From NCBI GenBank assembly GCA_004284765.1, contig NQJD01000007.1, forward strand, positions 60,001-92,000: 32,000 bases of DNA, written 5' to 3'. This document shows positions 14,900-24,986 of the stretch, piece after piece. The stretch comes from Candidatus Electronema aureum. Lineage in GTDB: Bacteria > Desulfobacterota > Desulfobulbia > Desulfobulbales > Desulfobulbaceae. Below the pieces are notes generated by a model. It made no database searches. It was not told where the DNA came from and was given only the letters and a program-made list of their open reading frames with translations. How positions within the stretch are numbered: the first letter of the stretch is position 1; the number at the start of each line of letters is the position of its first letter. Made by a program: the position numbers and the translations under genes.

Positions 14900-16587
14900 C
14901 TTCGCAGCAAGCAAGCTTCGTCGGTGACCACAAGAGCATCCGCTGGCTGTCGGCCGTTTGTCTTGCGCTGGCTGTCGTCTGTGTCGCGCTCTTAGCCTGC
15001 ACCCCGCCCTTTGATCGTGATGGTCTAATTCACCATCTCCAAATTCCCAAGCTCTACCTTCAGCACGGCAGCATCTACGAGATTCCCGATCTCGTTTTTT
15101 CCTACTACCCCATGAATTTAGATATGCTCTACATGGGAGCCTTATGGCTTGGCAGCGACATCTTGCCTAAATATATCCACATGGCTTTTGCTTTCGCCAC
15201 GGCCCTGCTGCTTTTTTTTCATCTAAAAAAACGGATAGCCAGCACCTATGCGTGGCTGGGAGCGGTCTTTTTCCTCAGCGTTCCGGTCATTGTCAAGCTC
15301 TCGGTGACGGTTTACGTTGACCTTGGCTTGGTCTTTTTCAGCACCGCTGCTTTGCTGTTGCTTTTTCGTTGGTTAGAGACAAAACGATGGCAGCACCTGC
15401 TGCTGGCAGGATTCTGCGGCGGCTTGGGTATCGGCACCAAATATAACGGGCTATTAGTGCTCTTTATCCTGACTTTCATGGTTCCGGTGCTATGGATCAG
15501 AAGTCAGGTGTTGCATCAGAGAGCTGCTGGCCCGGCTGTGAAGGCGGCTGTGCTGTTCTGCCTTGCCGCGCTGCTGGCCGCCTCGCCGTGGTTGATCAGA
15601 AATGCGGTCTGGACCGGCAACCCGATTTATCCACTCTACAACGGCTTTTTTAACCGAGCTGCTGCGTCTGCTGAAGATACTGCAACCAGTGATGGTGAAG
15701 CGCAGGGTGGCGGGGTTCGGGGCGTGTTCGCCACTCGCCATGTTTTATACGGAGAAAATATTTGGCAGCTGATCCTGCTACCGGTGAGGATTTTTTTTCA
15801 TGAAGCGCAGGATGACGATCCTCGCTATTTTGATGGCAGACTCAATCCCTTTCTTCTGATTTTACCTATCCTTGCCTTGCTTCGTAGTATACGACAAGCA
15901 AACAAACAAACTCAACTTGAGCAAATAGCCTTGGCCGCATTCTGCTTGCTCTATTTTCTTTTCGCCTTCAACACCGGGGTACTGCGCATTCGCTATCTGG
16001 TGCCGATGGTGCCATTCCTGGTGATTTTATCCATGTACGGGTTATATCATATTGAAATGCTCACGCCAAAACACGTGGCAAAACAAAGCATTGCTCTTGC
16101 AATCTGGCTGCTACCGATAACCCTGATGCTGATTTGGAACGGTCATTATCTTTATGGCCAGTTCAAAAAAATTTCTCCGTTGAGCTATATCAGTGGACGG
16201 TTAAGCAGGGATGAATATTTAGCCAAACAACTTCCCGAATATCAGGTAATGCAATACGCTAACAAGCATTTACCTGCTTCAGCCAAAATTCTTTGTATTT
16301 TTATGGGCTGGCGGGGCTATTATTTGGAGAAGCCGCATTCATTTGACTCTCACGGCAATCCAAATGGCTTGATAGCTTTGCTGAACAAGCCCGGAACAAC
16401 AGCAGAACAAATTGGACAATGGCTAAAAGAAAAAGGCTTCAATTATTTGCTGATTCGGCGGGATTTGCTCTACAATCAGCTGCGCAGCGAAGATATCAAC
16501 GCCCAGCAGCTCTGGGTTGAGCTGGAACAAAAGCATTTGCTGCCGCTCTCATCCAATCAGGAATATACTCTATATCAGGCCTTCTGA
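14896..16587 (+). CDS. GT-C fold glycosyltransferase (family 39 / ArnT / PMT_2-like), 563 aa
   Basis: Its start overlaps the upstream stop (ATGA at 14896-14899). The first loop carries FDRDGLIHH. About 11 hydrophobic segments have PMT_2-like spacing (...GIGTKYNGLLVLFIL...), followed by a C-terminal soluble domain of about 130 aa. Confidence 0.6.
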   Translation: MTSQQASFVGDHKSIRWLSAVCLALAVVCVALLACTPPFDRDGLIHHLQIPKLYLQHGSIYEIPDLVFSYYPMNLDMLYMGALWLGSDILPKYIHMAFAFATALLLFFHLKKRIASTYAWLGAVFFLSVPVIVKLSVTVYVDLGLVFFSTAALLLLFRWLETKRWQHLLLAGFCGGLGIGTKYNGLLVLFILTFMVPVLWIRSQVLHQRAAGPAVKAAVLFCLAALLAASPWLIRNAVWTGNPIYPLYNGFFNRAAASAEDTATSDGEAQGGGVRGVFATRHVLYGENIWQLILLPVRIFFHEAQDDDPRYFDGRLNPFLLILPILALLRSIRQANKQTQLEQIALAAFCLLYFLFAFNTGVLRIRYLVPMVPFLVILSMYGLYHIEMLTPKHVAKQSIALAIWLLPITLMLIWNGHYLYGQFKKISPLSYISGRLSRDEYLAKQLPEYQVMQYANKHLPASAKILCIFMGWRGYYLEKPHSFDSHGNPNGLIALLNKPGTTAEQIGQWLKEKGFNYLLIRRDLLYNQLRSEDINAQQLWVELEQKHLLPLSSNQEYTLYQAF

Positions 16588-17198
16588 CGTACCGACTCTT
16601 TCTCCCCGAATCGCTTTTCCGTGCCGTTCAGCAGTCGTTGGATGTTCTGCTGATGCTTGAGCCAGATCAGCAGGGCGATGACACAGGCCAGCCATAATTT
16701 CCAACTTGGTTCGTCGAGAAAATACAGAGCAGGTAGCAAGGTAGCTGAAGCCAGAAGGGAACCGAGCGAGACGAACCCGGTTGTTGCGACGATCGGGATG
16801 AAGACAGCAAGACTGATTAGCTGGGCCATAGGGGCAAGGCAGAGAAAAACCCCCAAGGCGGTGGCTACCCCCTTGCCGCCCTTGAAGCGAAGAAAGAGGG
16901 AAAACATGTGACCAACGACCACCGCTGCACCGCAGAGTCCAATCACTAAATTTTGGCTGGAATTATCGCCAAAAAGTACACTAACGGCAAAAACTGTCAC
17001 CCAGCCCTTGGCTGCGTCCAAAAAAAGAGTCAGCAAGCCGACCTTCTTGCCCACCAAGCGGGAGACATTGGTTGCGCCGATATTGCCGCTGCCGTGCTGG
17101 CGAATGTCGATGCCGCTGCTCCGTGAGAGCAGCAGACCGAAGGGAATCGAGCCGATCAGATACGCCGCCGCTGGCAGCAGAAAATACAGGCTGTTCAT
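16575..17198 (-). CDS. plsY: Glycerol-3-phosphate acyltransferase PlsY
   Basis: The sequence AAAYLIGSIPFGLLLSR...HGSGNIGATNVSR...LDAAKG carries the canonical PlsY motifs. Confidence 0.9.
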   Translation of the reverse strand: MNSLYFLLPAAAYLIGSIPFGLLLSRSSGIDIRQHGSGNIGATNVSRLVGKKVGLLTLFLDAAKGWVTVFAVSVLFGDNSSQNLVIGLCGAAVVVGHMFSLFLRFKGGKGVATALGVFLCLAPMAQLISLAVFIPIVATTGFVSLGSLLASATLLPALYFLDEPSWKLWLACVIALLIWLKHQQNIQRLLNGTEKRFGEKESVRQKA

Positions 17199-17215
17199 GA
17201 CCGACTTGGTCCTTT

Positions 17216-18334
17216 TTAATTGAGATATTCTAAAAGAATATTGAGCATCCGCCGCACCGGCTCCGCCGCACCCCAGAGAAGCTGGTCGCCGACCGTAAAC
17301 GCGCTCAGGTACTGCGGCCCGAGGTTCATCTTCCGCATTCTGCCCACCGGAACAGTCAAGGTGCCACTGACACTGGCCGGACTCAGCTCGCGGAGGGTGT
17401 CCTCCTTCGTGTTGGGCACTAAGCGCACCCAGTCGTTGTGACCCGCAATTGCCGCCTCAATCTCAGCCAGAGGGATGTCTTGATTCAACTTCACCGTGAC
17501 CGCTTGACTGTGGCAGCGCATCGCGCCGACCCGGACGCAGCAGCCATCGACCGGGATACGGTTGTTCTCGTCCCGCCCCAGAATTTTGTTGGTTTCGGTA
17601 ATGCCTTTCCATTCCTCGCGAGTCTGGCCGTTGTCCATCGCCCGGTCAATCCAAGGAATTAGACTGGCCGCCAGCGGCGCGCCGAAATGCTGGGTGAGAA
17701 AGCGCGGGCTGCGGATTGTGTCGGTCACGTTGCGGTCGATAGCCAAAATGTTGGCGGCATCGTCGAGCAGATTCTGGCAATTCTCGCCGATCAACCGCAT
17801 TTGGTTGACCAACTCCAGCATATTCTTGGCTCCGGCCCCGGAAGCGGCCTGATACGTCTGCGAGCTGATCCACTCCACCCAGCCTTTTTCAAACAGCCCG
17901 CCTAAAGCCATCAACATCAACGAAACCGTGCAGTTGCCACCGACATAATTTTTGATGCCTTCAGTCAGTCCTTTGTCGATAACCGCTCGGTTGACCGGAT
18001 CAAGTACAATGATAGCATCTTTTTCCAAGCGCAGGGTCGAAGCAGCATCAATCCAGTAACCTTGCCAGCCCGCCTCGCGCAGCTTAGGATAAACTTCTTT
18101 GGTATAATCACCACCTTGGCAAGAGAGGATGATGTCCATCCCTTGCAGCAACTCAACATTGAAGGCATCCAGTAGCTCGTAGGTTGTGCCGTTGATCTCC
18201 GGCCCTGCTTGCCCTGCCTGCGAAGTGGAGAAAAACAGCGGCTCAAACCTCTGAAAATCATTTTCCGTCCGCATCCGCTCCATAAGCACAGAGCCGACCA
18301 TGCCCCGCCAACCGATGATGCCTGTCTTTTTCAT
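17216..18334 (-). CDS. asd: Aspartate-semialdehyde dehydrogenase
   Basis: [21 protein letters not shown]...[12 protein letters not shown] is nearly colinear with enterobacterial-type Asd. [13 protein letters not shown] holds the active-site Cys region. Confidence 0.95.
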   Translation of the reverse strand: MKKTGIIGWRGMVGSVLMERMRTENDFQRFEPLFFSTSQAGQAGPEINGTTYELLDAFNVELLQGMDIILSCQGGDYTKEVYPKLREAGWQGYWIDAASTLRLEKDAIIVLDPVNRAVIDKGLTEGIKNYVGGNCTVSLMLMALGGLFEKGWVEWISSQTYQAASGAGAKNMLELVNQMRLIGENCQNLLDDAANILAIDRNVTDTIRSPRFLTQHFGAPLAASLIPWIDRAMDNGQTREEWKGITETNKILGRDENNRIPVDGCCVRVGAMRCHSQAVTVKLNQDIPLAEIEAAIAGHNDWVRLVPNTKEDTLRELSPASVSGTLTVPVGRMRKMNLGPQYLSAFTVGDQLLWGAAEPVRRMLNILLEYLN

Positions 18335-18384
18335 GATGTTTTCCTGAAAGAATTTTTGCAGAGTTTTTTTCTTTTCCTGACGGG

Positions 18385-19305
18385 CTACACAATCCGTAGA
18401 TAATGAATCAGCTCCTTGGCGATGACCGGGGCAACGGAATAAACCTCCAGCAGCTCATCGCTTTTGGTACCCGGATAGGTATCTGCGCCGATGATTCGAC
18501 GGATGCCTTTTTCTTGAAAACGTTCGCGGGCGTTGCCAGACAGCACCAAATGGGTCGCCATAACCATGACATCCACTGCACCTGCCTCGTAACAGCGGTC
18601 AGCGGTCTGGAGCATGGAACCACCGGTGCGGATCATGTCGTCACAGATGATCGCTGTTTTGCCTTTAACCGCGCTGGAGAGCTGACTAACGATAGTTTTA
18701 TCCACATCATAGCGGTCTTTGTTGGCCGCCGTATGAGGACAACCCAAAATACCCGCAACCTGCGCTACCCGCTTACTGAAACCATAATCTGGTGAAACAA
18801 GAACATAATCGCTCAGATTCATGCCTCGAATTTTCTGAGCAGCCAGCTCCTCGGTCCACAGATGCCGAGTTTTGATTTCGCCAGAATGAGCGTGTAACAC
18901 CGCCTCGGAATGTAAATCAATAAAGGCAACATAATCAGGCCGAGTGCGGAATATCTGCCGTGTCCTCGTCACGCCCTTAGGAATTTCGCCGGATTCCGGC
19001 TTCGCCCGTTCCATAGTCGAATAGCCGAGATAGGGGACAATCACGTTGACGCTACGGGCGTTCCAGTAGCGCCCGCCGGCAATCAAATCCAGCAGTTCTT
19101 GGAGTGCGCTGTCAGTGTGAGTGGCTGAAATGATGACCATATCAACACCAGAAACATCACGGGGAAAAGCGTGGTAAATCTCTCCATCGGCAAACTGTTT
19201 GCGTACCATCGGAGTGCATTCGATCTTGAGTTCCGAGGCTACTTTGTCCGCCAGCAGGACTGAGTCTTGGGTGGCCAAAAGAAGAATGTTTTCGCGTCTG
19301 GTCAT
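18385..19305 (-). CDS. Ribose-phosphate pyrophosphokinase (Prs) family protein, divergent
   Basis: It has FADGE, the PRPP-binding loop [13 protein letters not shown], and [11 protein letters not shown] in place of the canonical PY.GYARQDR. Confidence 0.65.
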   Translation of the reverse strand: MTRRENILLLATQDSVLLADKVASELKIECTPMVRKQFADGEIYHAFPRDVSGVDMVIISATHTDSALQELLDLIAGGRYWNARSVNVIVPYLGYSTMERAKPESGEIPKGVTRTRQIFRTRPDYVAFIDLHSEAVLHAHSGEIKTRHLWTEELAAQKIRGMNLSDYVLVSPDYGFSKRVAQVAGILGCPHTAANKDRYDVDKTIVSQLSSAVKGKTAIICDDMIRTGGSMLQTADRCYEAGAVDVMVMATHLVLSGNARERFQEKGIRRIIGADTYPGTKSDELLEVYSVAPVIAKELIHYLRIV

Positions 19306-19312
19306 ACTGTTT

Positions 19313-20248
19313 TCAGAACCATCTTTTTTTCATGAGAAAAAGAACACCAAGAGCTGACATGCTGAATGATATTCCCAACACAATAAAGGCTGAATAGGTT
19401 GAATGTTGAAAAGGGAGTTCAATATTCATTCCGTAAAAACTTGCAATCAGCGTTGGAATCATCAGAATGATGGTGATGGAGGTCAGTATCTTCATCACCG
19501 CATTTAAATTGTTAGAGATGACCGAGGCGAACGCATCCATCATACCACTAAGAATGTTGCTGTAGATATTCGCCATCTCTATAGCTTGCTTATTCTCGAT
19601 GATCACATCTTCCAACATGTCTTCATCATCATCATTCAATTTGAGCGTTTTTATTTTTAGCAGACGTTCCATCATCAGCTCGTTTGACTTCAGAGAAGTT
19701 GTAAAAAATACTAAACTTTTTTCTAAGTTTAGCAGTTTGATCAGCTCCTCGTTTTTCAGAGACTTCTGTAACTCTTTTTCGATGTCTCCTGTCCGCCGGT
19801 TAATTTCTTTTAAAAATTTTAAATACAATAAGGCTGTACGTAGAAAAATGCGAAGAACAAACCCTATTTTACTGCTGGGAACAATATTTTTTGCCTTGCC
19901 AACATGCAATTCAAGAATATCTGTAATATCTGATGAGCATACAGTAATGAGCATGTTGTTATTTGCAAGTATTATTCCTGCCGGGAGTGTTACAAAAGGG
20001 ATTTCTGAATTTTTTTCATCGTATTCAGGGATTCTCAATACAATGAGAAGATTGCCTTCTTCTATCTCAATCCTTGCTCGTTCATCAATATCTAACGGGT
20101 CTGTTAAGAAATCGAGAGGAATGCAGGTTGCTTTGGATAACTGTTCGAGTTCTTGTTTTGCCGGGCAGATAACATTTATCCAGCAATTTTCTTCAATCGT
20201 ATCAGTCTCAATATATCCGCTTCCTGACCATTTGAATAGTTGAATCAT
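19313..20248 (-). CDS. corA: CorA-family Mg2+/Co2+ transporter
   Basis: Two C-terminal TM segments flank the YGMNIELPF (GMN) signature, and the length is typical at about 310 aa. The gene is AT-rich. Confidence 0.85.
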   Translation of the reverse strand: MIQLFKWSGSGYIETDTIEENCWINVICPAKQELEQLSKATCIPLDFLTDPLDIDERARIEIEEGNLLIVLRIPEYDEKNSEIPFVTLPAGIILANNNMLITVCSSDITDILELHVGKAKNIVPSSKIGFVLRIFLRTALLYLKFLKEINRRTGDIEKELQKSLKNEELIKLLNLEKSLVFFTTSLKSNELMMERLLKIKTLKLNDDDEDMLEDVIIENKQAIEMANIYSNILSGMMDAFASVISNNLNAVMKILTSITIILMIPTLIASFYGMNIELPFQHSTYSAFIVLGISFSMSALGVLFLMKKRWF

Positions 20249-20347
20249 TTTTTGTCACATTTCCGTATATCGTTTAAATTTTTCCTGAGAGGGAAGATTG
20301 CCATCGGTGCAAGGAAGATACTTTTCCTTACACCTTGTTATTTCAAC

Positions 20348-21457
<1,110 letters not shown>

Positions 21458-21507
21458 TTAAAATTTTTTGGAGAGAATACCAGAAAAAAAACCGATTGCC
21501 AAGGCTG

Positions 21508-22149
21508 TCAAGGCTGTTTCCGTAGGGCGGTCAGTAGGCGCGGATGGCCAGAAAATGGTAGGCTGCATTTGAGGCTATCAACCGTCTGCCAGCGATCTAC
21601 GTTCCATGTTTGCCGCTCCTCTGCTGCCAGCATCAGGATAACTAAGGTTTCCGGCCCAGCAGTCTGCTCGATGAGAGGCAGAAAAATATCCGGCGCAGCC
21701 ACGGCCCGACTGGTGATAAAGGTGAACGCTTCTGGCAGTGCTTTGCTTGGTTCAAGTCGCTCTTCGCGCACCGAGACATTGGTCAGCTTCAGCGTCCGCG
21801 CGATATGGCGAAGAAAGGCAGTGCGTTTCTGACGTGGCTCCAGTAGCGTTACGCACAATTCTGGTCTGACCGCAGCCAAAACCAGACCGGGAAAGCCTGC
21901 GCCGCTGCCCACATCAAGCAGGTGTGCGCCTTCACTACCGTGTCGATCCAGCAACGGCAGTAGGATTAGCGAATCGAGGAAATGCTTTTCCATGATTTCC
22001 GCCGCTGAAGTGTCGCGCGCGATCAGATTGATCTTCCGATTCCACTTTCGCAGCTCGCTACAGTAAATCAGGAGCCGTTCTACGGCGTGTTCTTCAAGCC
22101 TGATACCAAGCCGATTCACTCCGGTCAATAATTGCTTATAGTCGCACAT
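21508..22149 (-). CDS. rsmG: 16S rRNA (guanine527-N7)-methyltransferase RsmG/GidB
   Basis: It has WNRKINL, the SAM motif LLDVGSGAGFPGLVLA and the LLEPRQKRTAFL motif. Confidence 0.85.
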   Translation of the reverse strand: MCDYKQLLTGVNRLGIRLEEHAVERLLIYCSELRKWNRKINLIARDTSAAEIMEKHFLDSLILLPLLDRHGSEGAHLLDVGSGAGFPGLVLAAVRPELCVTLLEPRQKRTAFLRHIARTLKLTNVSVREERLEPSKALPEAFTFITSRAVAAPDIFLPLIEQTAGPETLVILMLAAEERQTWNVDRWQTVDSLKCSLPFSGHPRLLTALRKQP

Positions 22150-22173
22150 TTAGTATCTGAGAGGTGCAGCTTT

Positions 22174-23487
22174 TCAAGACGCATCGTCGGACTGATCGGG
22201 AAGGCTGTTGCTACAGCTTTCCCCACTGAGGCAGAACAGGCTGCGCACCACAGAAATGCGCTCTTGCCGGTCAACGCACTCGTGTTCTGCTTTGAGGTAC
22301 CGCAGGGGATGATGAAGCAGCTTGTTAGCAATCGCCGCTGCCATACGTTCAATGCTCTGCCGTTCTTTTTCGCCAAGACCGTTGATTCGGGGTAGGGTTT
22401 TCTCTAACTGATTACGGCAGATAGATTCGGCAAGGGTTTGCAGTTCAACGATGGTTGGCGTGACCTCCATCGCCTCTAACCAACGCATGAATTTGAAGGT
22501 TTCCTCCTCAACAATATGCCGCGCCTTGACCGCTTCTTTGTCCCTTTGCTCCCGGTTCATCTCAACGACGTTGTTTAAGTCGTCGATGTCGTAGAGATAA
22601 ACGTTGTCGAGGGTGTTGATTTCTGGATCAAGGTCACGGGGTACGGCGATGTCGATCAAGAAGAGCGGACGATTGCGGCGGCGCGGCATGACCGAGGCCA
22701 CGTCCTGTTTGTGGAGAACAAGGCCCGTTGCGCCGGTGGAACTGATAATGATGTCCGCCTCAGCAAGCTGCGCAACTAATTCATCTAATCCGGCGGCTCG
22801 ACCTTTGAAGCGGGCAGCAAGATTGACAGCCCGCTCTAAGGTACGGTTGACCACCACTACCTCGGCGATACCTTGGCCGACTAAATGCTCGGCAGCTAAT
22901 TCGGCCATTTCACCCGCGCCAATCAGCATCACCCGCTTGCCTTCCAAAGAGCCGAAAATTTTTTTGCCCAACTCCACTGCGGCATAGGAAATTGAGACCG
23001 CACTGGCTCCGATGCGGGTTTCTGTTCGCACTCGCTTGGCCGCTGAAAATGCCTTGTGCAACAGTCGATTGAGGATCAGGCCAGAGGTTTTCAACTCAGA
23101 GGCGTGACGGTAGGCTTCCTTGAGCTGGCCGAGAATCTGGGCCTCGCCCACAATCATAGAATCTAAGCTGGCTGCAACGGTGAAGAGATGCCGCACCGCC
23201 TCGCTGCCGGAGTGGGTATAGACGCAGCTTTCAAGCTGCTCTTGGCTGACCCGGCCAGCAAAGAGTAGGTTTAGCACCTCGGCCCGCATCTGTTCTGGCT
23301 CCTCGCTGGCAAAGAGCACCTCCACCCGGTTGCAGGTGGAGAGCAGGTAATATTCTTTCAAGCCGCGCAGCTGGCGGAGCTGGTTCAGTGGTTCTTCATA
23401 ACCGCCAGTCAGGGCCAGCTTTTCACGAATTGCTAATGGAGTTTTCTTATGATTCACTCCCAGCAGAATGATGGATTCACGCGCCAT
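22174..23487 (-). CDS. hemA: Glutamyl-tRNA reductase
   Basis: It shows GVNHKKTPLAIREK, LSTCNRVEVLF (catalytic Cys) and the NADPH-binding motif IGAGEMAEL. Confidence 0.95.
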   Translation of the reverse strand: MARESIILLGVNHKKTPLAIREKLALTGGYEEPLNQLRQLRGLKEYYLLSTCNRVEVLFASEEPEQMRAEVLNLLFAGRVSQEQLESCVYTHSGSEAVRHLFTVAASLDSMIVGEAQILGQLKEAYRHASELKTSGLILNRLLHKAFSAAKRVRTETRIGASAVSISYAAVELGKKIFGSLEGKRVMLIGAGEMAELAAEHLVGQGIAEVVVVNRTLERAVNLAARFKGRAAGLDELVAQLAEADIIISSTGATGLVLHKQDVASVMPRRRNRPLFLIDIAVPRDLDPEINTLDNVYLYDIDDLNNVVEMNREQRDKEAVKARHIVEEETFKFMRWLEAMEVTPTIVELQTLAESICRNQLEKTLPRINGLGEKERQSIERMAAAIANKLLHHPLRYLKAEHECVDRQERISVVRSLFCLSGESCSNSLPDQSDDAS

Positions 23488-24292
23488 AATCAGCTACTCC
23501 TTTCATCAGCAGCAACCAGAACGTCAGCAGAACAGCGGCAAAGGCCAGCACGGTGAGCAGGGCGGCCCGTCTGCCCCGCCAGCCTTGGACAAAACGGTGG
23601 TGCATCAGACCGGCGTAGAGCAGCCACGTGATCATCGCGCTGATGATTTTGGTGTGCCAGCCCAAGCCTCGGTGTCCGCCAAGTTGGAAGGCCCAGACCG
23701 TGCCGATGCTCATGCCCAAGGTCATTAACAGGAAGCCGATGCCGATGCAATGCTGGTTAAGGTTGTCCAATGCCTCCAGCGAGGGCAGACGGTGATAGAA
23801 GAAACCGAAGTGCTTTTGCTTGAGCTGCCGTTCCTGAATTAGGTACATCAGACCGCCAATGGCCGCGAGCGAGAGAAAGGCATAAGCGACAATCGAGATG
23901 GAAGCATGAACCGGCAGCAGCCAAGTCCGCAGCTCCGGCGGCAGAGGCAGGATAGCCTGCGGGGCTGCGGTGGCGGCCAGCATCAGGATAGTGATCAGCA
24001 AAACGGCAAAGCTGCCGAAGTTCTTCACCGCATATCGCCAGCGGAAGGAAAGGTAGCAGCAGGCCAGCGACCAGGCAAAGAACGAGATGATCTCGTGAAT
24101 ACTGGTGATCGGCGTATGTTCTGCCTCAACATAGCGGGCGGCGATGTTGACAGTGTGCAGTCCAGCCGCGACGCAGAAGATGACGCGGGCCACCGTGTGG
24201 AGCGTTTTCTTCTGTCTGATGAAGAAGACGGTATAGACTGCCGCAGCGGCGAGATAGGCTGCAAGGCTGAGTTGAAAAAGCAGATGGCTCAT
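23477..24292 (-). CDS. Cytochrome c assembly (CcsA/HemX-family) integral membrane protein
   Basis: It has 8 hydrophobic segments and a degenerate Trp-rich region (VWAFQLGGHRGLGWHTKIISAMITWLLYAGLMHHRF). It sits immediately upstream of hemA and overlaps it, as hemX does in hemAX-type clusters. Confidence 0.65.
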   Translation of the reverse strand: MSHLLFQLSLAAYLAAAAVYTVFFIRQKKTLHTVARVIFCVAAGLHTVNIAARYVEAEHTPITSIHEIISFFAWSLACCYLSFRWRYAVKNFGSFAVLLITILMLAATAAPQAILPLPPELRTWLLPVHASISIVAYAFLSLAAIGGLMYLIQERQLKQKHFGFFYHRLPSLEALDNLNQHCIGIGFLLMTLGMSIGTVWAFQLGGHRGLGWHTKIISAMITWLLYAGLMHHRFVQGWRGRRAALLTVLAFAAVLLTFWLLLMKGVADYGA

Positions 24293-24960
24293 CTGTTATT
24301 TTCCGGCTGACTAAAGTCAAAATTGGCATCCGGCCCCAGCACTGTGCGCAGATGGCTGCGCAATCGCTCCCCTTGGCCGTTTCGTATCCAGCCGAGTATA
24401 TCCTCATGCAGCAGATTCTCAAACAGATTTCTTCGCGCCGAGCCGTCTGCTATCCCGGCCAGTGCCTGTTCGCGGATGCGGCCCAGCAGCTCCAGCAGGA
24501 CAGCATATTCTGGGCCGTAATCAGCTTCTATCTGTTTCCTAATCCGGGCGGCAAGGGCTGGGCTTTTGCCATTGGTCGATACAGCAATACTCAGATCGCC
24601 CTGCCGAACAACCGCCGGAACTTGGAAGTTGCACAGCTCCGGTGCGTCGGCTATGTTGACTAATTGGCCGCCCGCTGCTGCCGCCCGCGCCACAGCTTCA
24701 TTGACGTACCTGCTGTCTGTAGCTGCGAAAACTAACAGAGCCTCAGCAAGATCGCTCGATTGAAAACAGCGCGGCAACCAGTCAATCCGTCCTTCAGCGG
24801 CTAAAGCGGTCAAGGCATCAGTCAACTGCGGACTGATTACCCGCACATGCGCCTCAGCTTCGAGCAAGGAAAGAATCTTACGTTCTGCTACTCTGCCGCC
24901 ACCGATGACTACGCAGCGTCGTCCACTGATACTGAGAAAGATTGGGTACATATACTGCAC
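24289..24960 (-). CDS. sirC: Precorrin-2 dehydrogenase / sirohydrochlorin ferrochelatase (SirC / CysG N-terminal type)
   Basis: The Rossmann motif is RCVVIGGGRVAERKILSLLEAEAHVRVISP, and ISTNGKSPALAARIR is also present. The true start may be the ATG three codons downstream. Confidence 0.78.
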   Translation of the reverse strand: MQYMYPIFLSISGRRCVVIGGGRVAERKILSLLEAEAHVRVISPQLTDALTALAAEGRIDWLPRCFQSSDLAEALLVFAATDSRYVNEAVARAAAAGGQLVNIADAPELCNFQVPAVVRQGDLSIAVSTNGKSPALAARIRKQIEADYGPEYAVLLELLGRIREQALAGIADGSARRNLFENLLHEDILGWIRNGQGERLRSHLRTVLGPDANFDFSQPENNR

Positions 24961-24986
24961 AATGAATTCCTCTCATCAAAAGAACG

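Noticed and set aside
19599-20243. A 214-aa plus-strand ORF with Ser/Phe-rich low-complexity sequence
   Set aside because: It is antisense to corA (GMN motif present). It stays open only because the AT-rich sense codons avoid stops on the opposite strand.
20306-20334. A hairpin GGTGCAAGGAA...TTCCTTACACC downstream of leuB, considered as a terminator
   Set aside because: The stem has one mismatch and no T-run follows on the transcribed (minus) strand. corA follows within about 60 nt, so read-through is likely.
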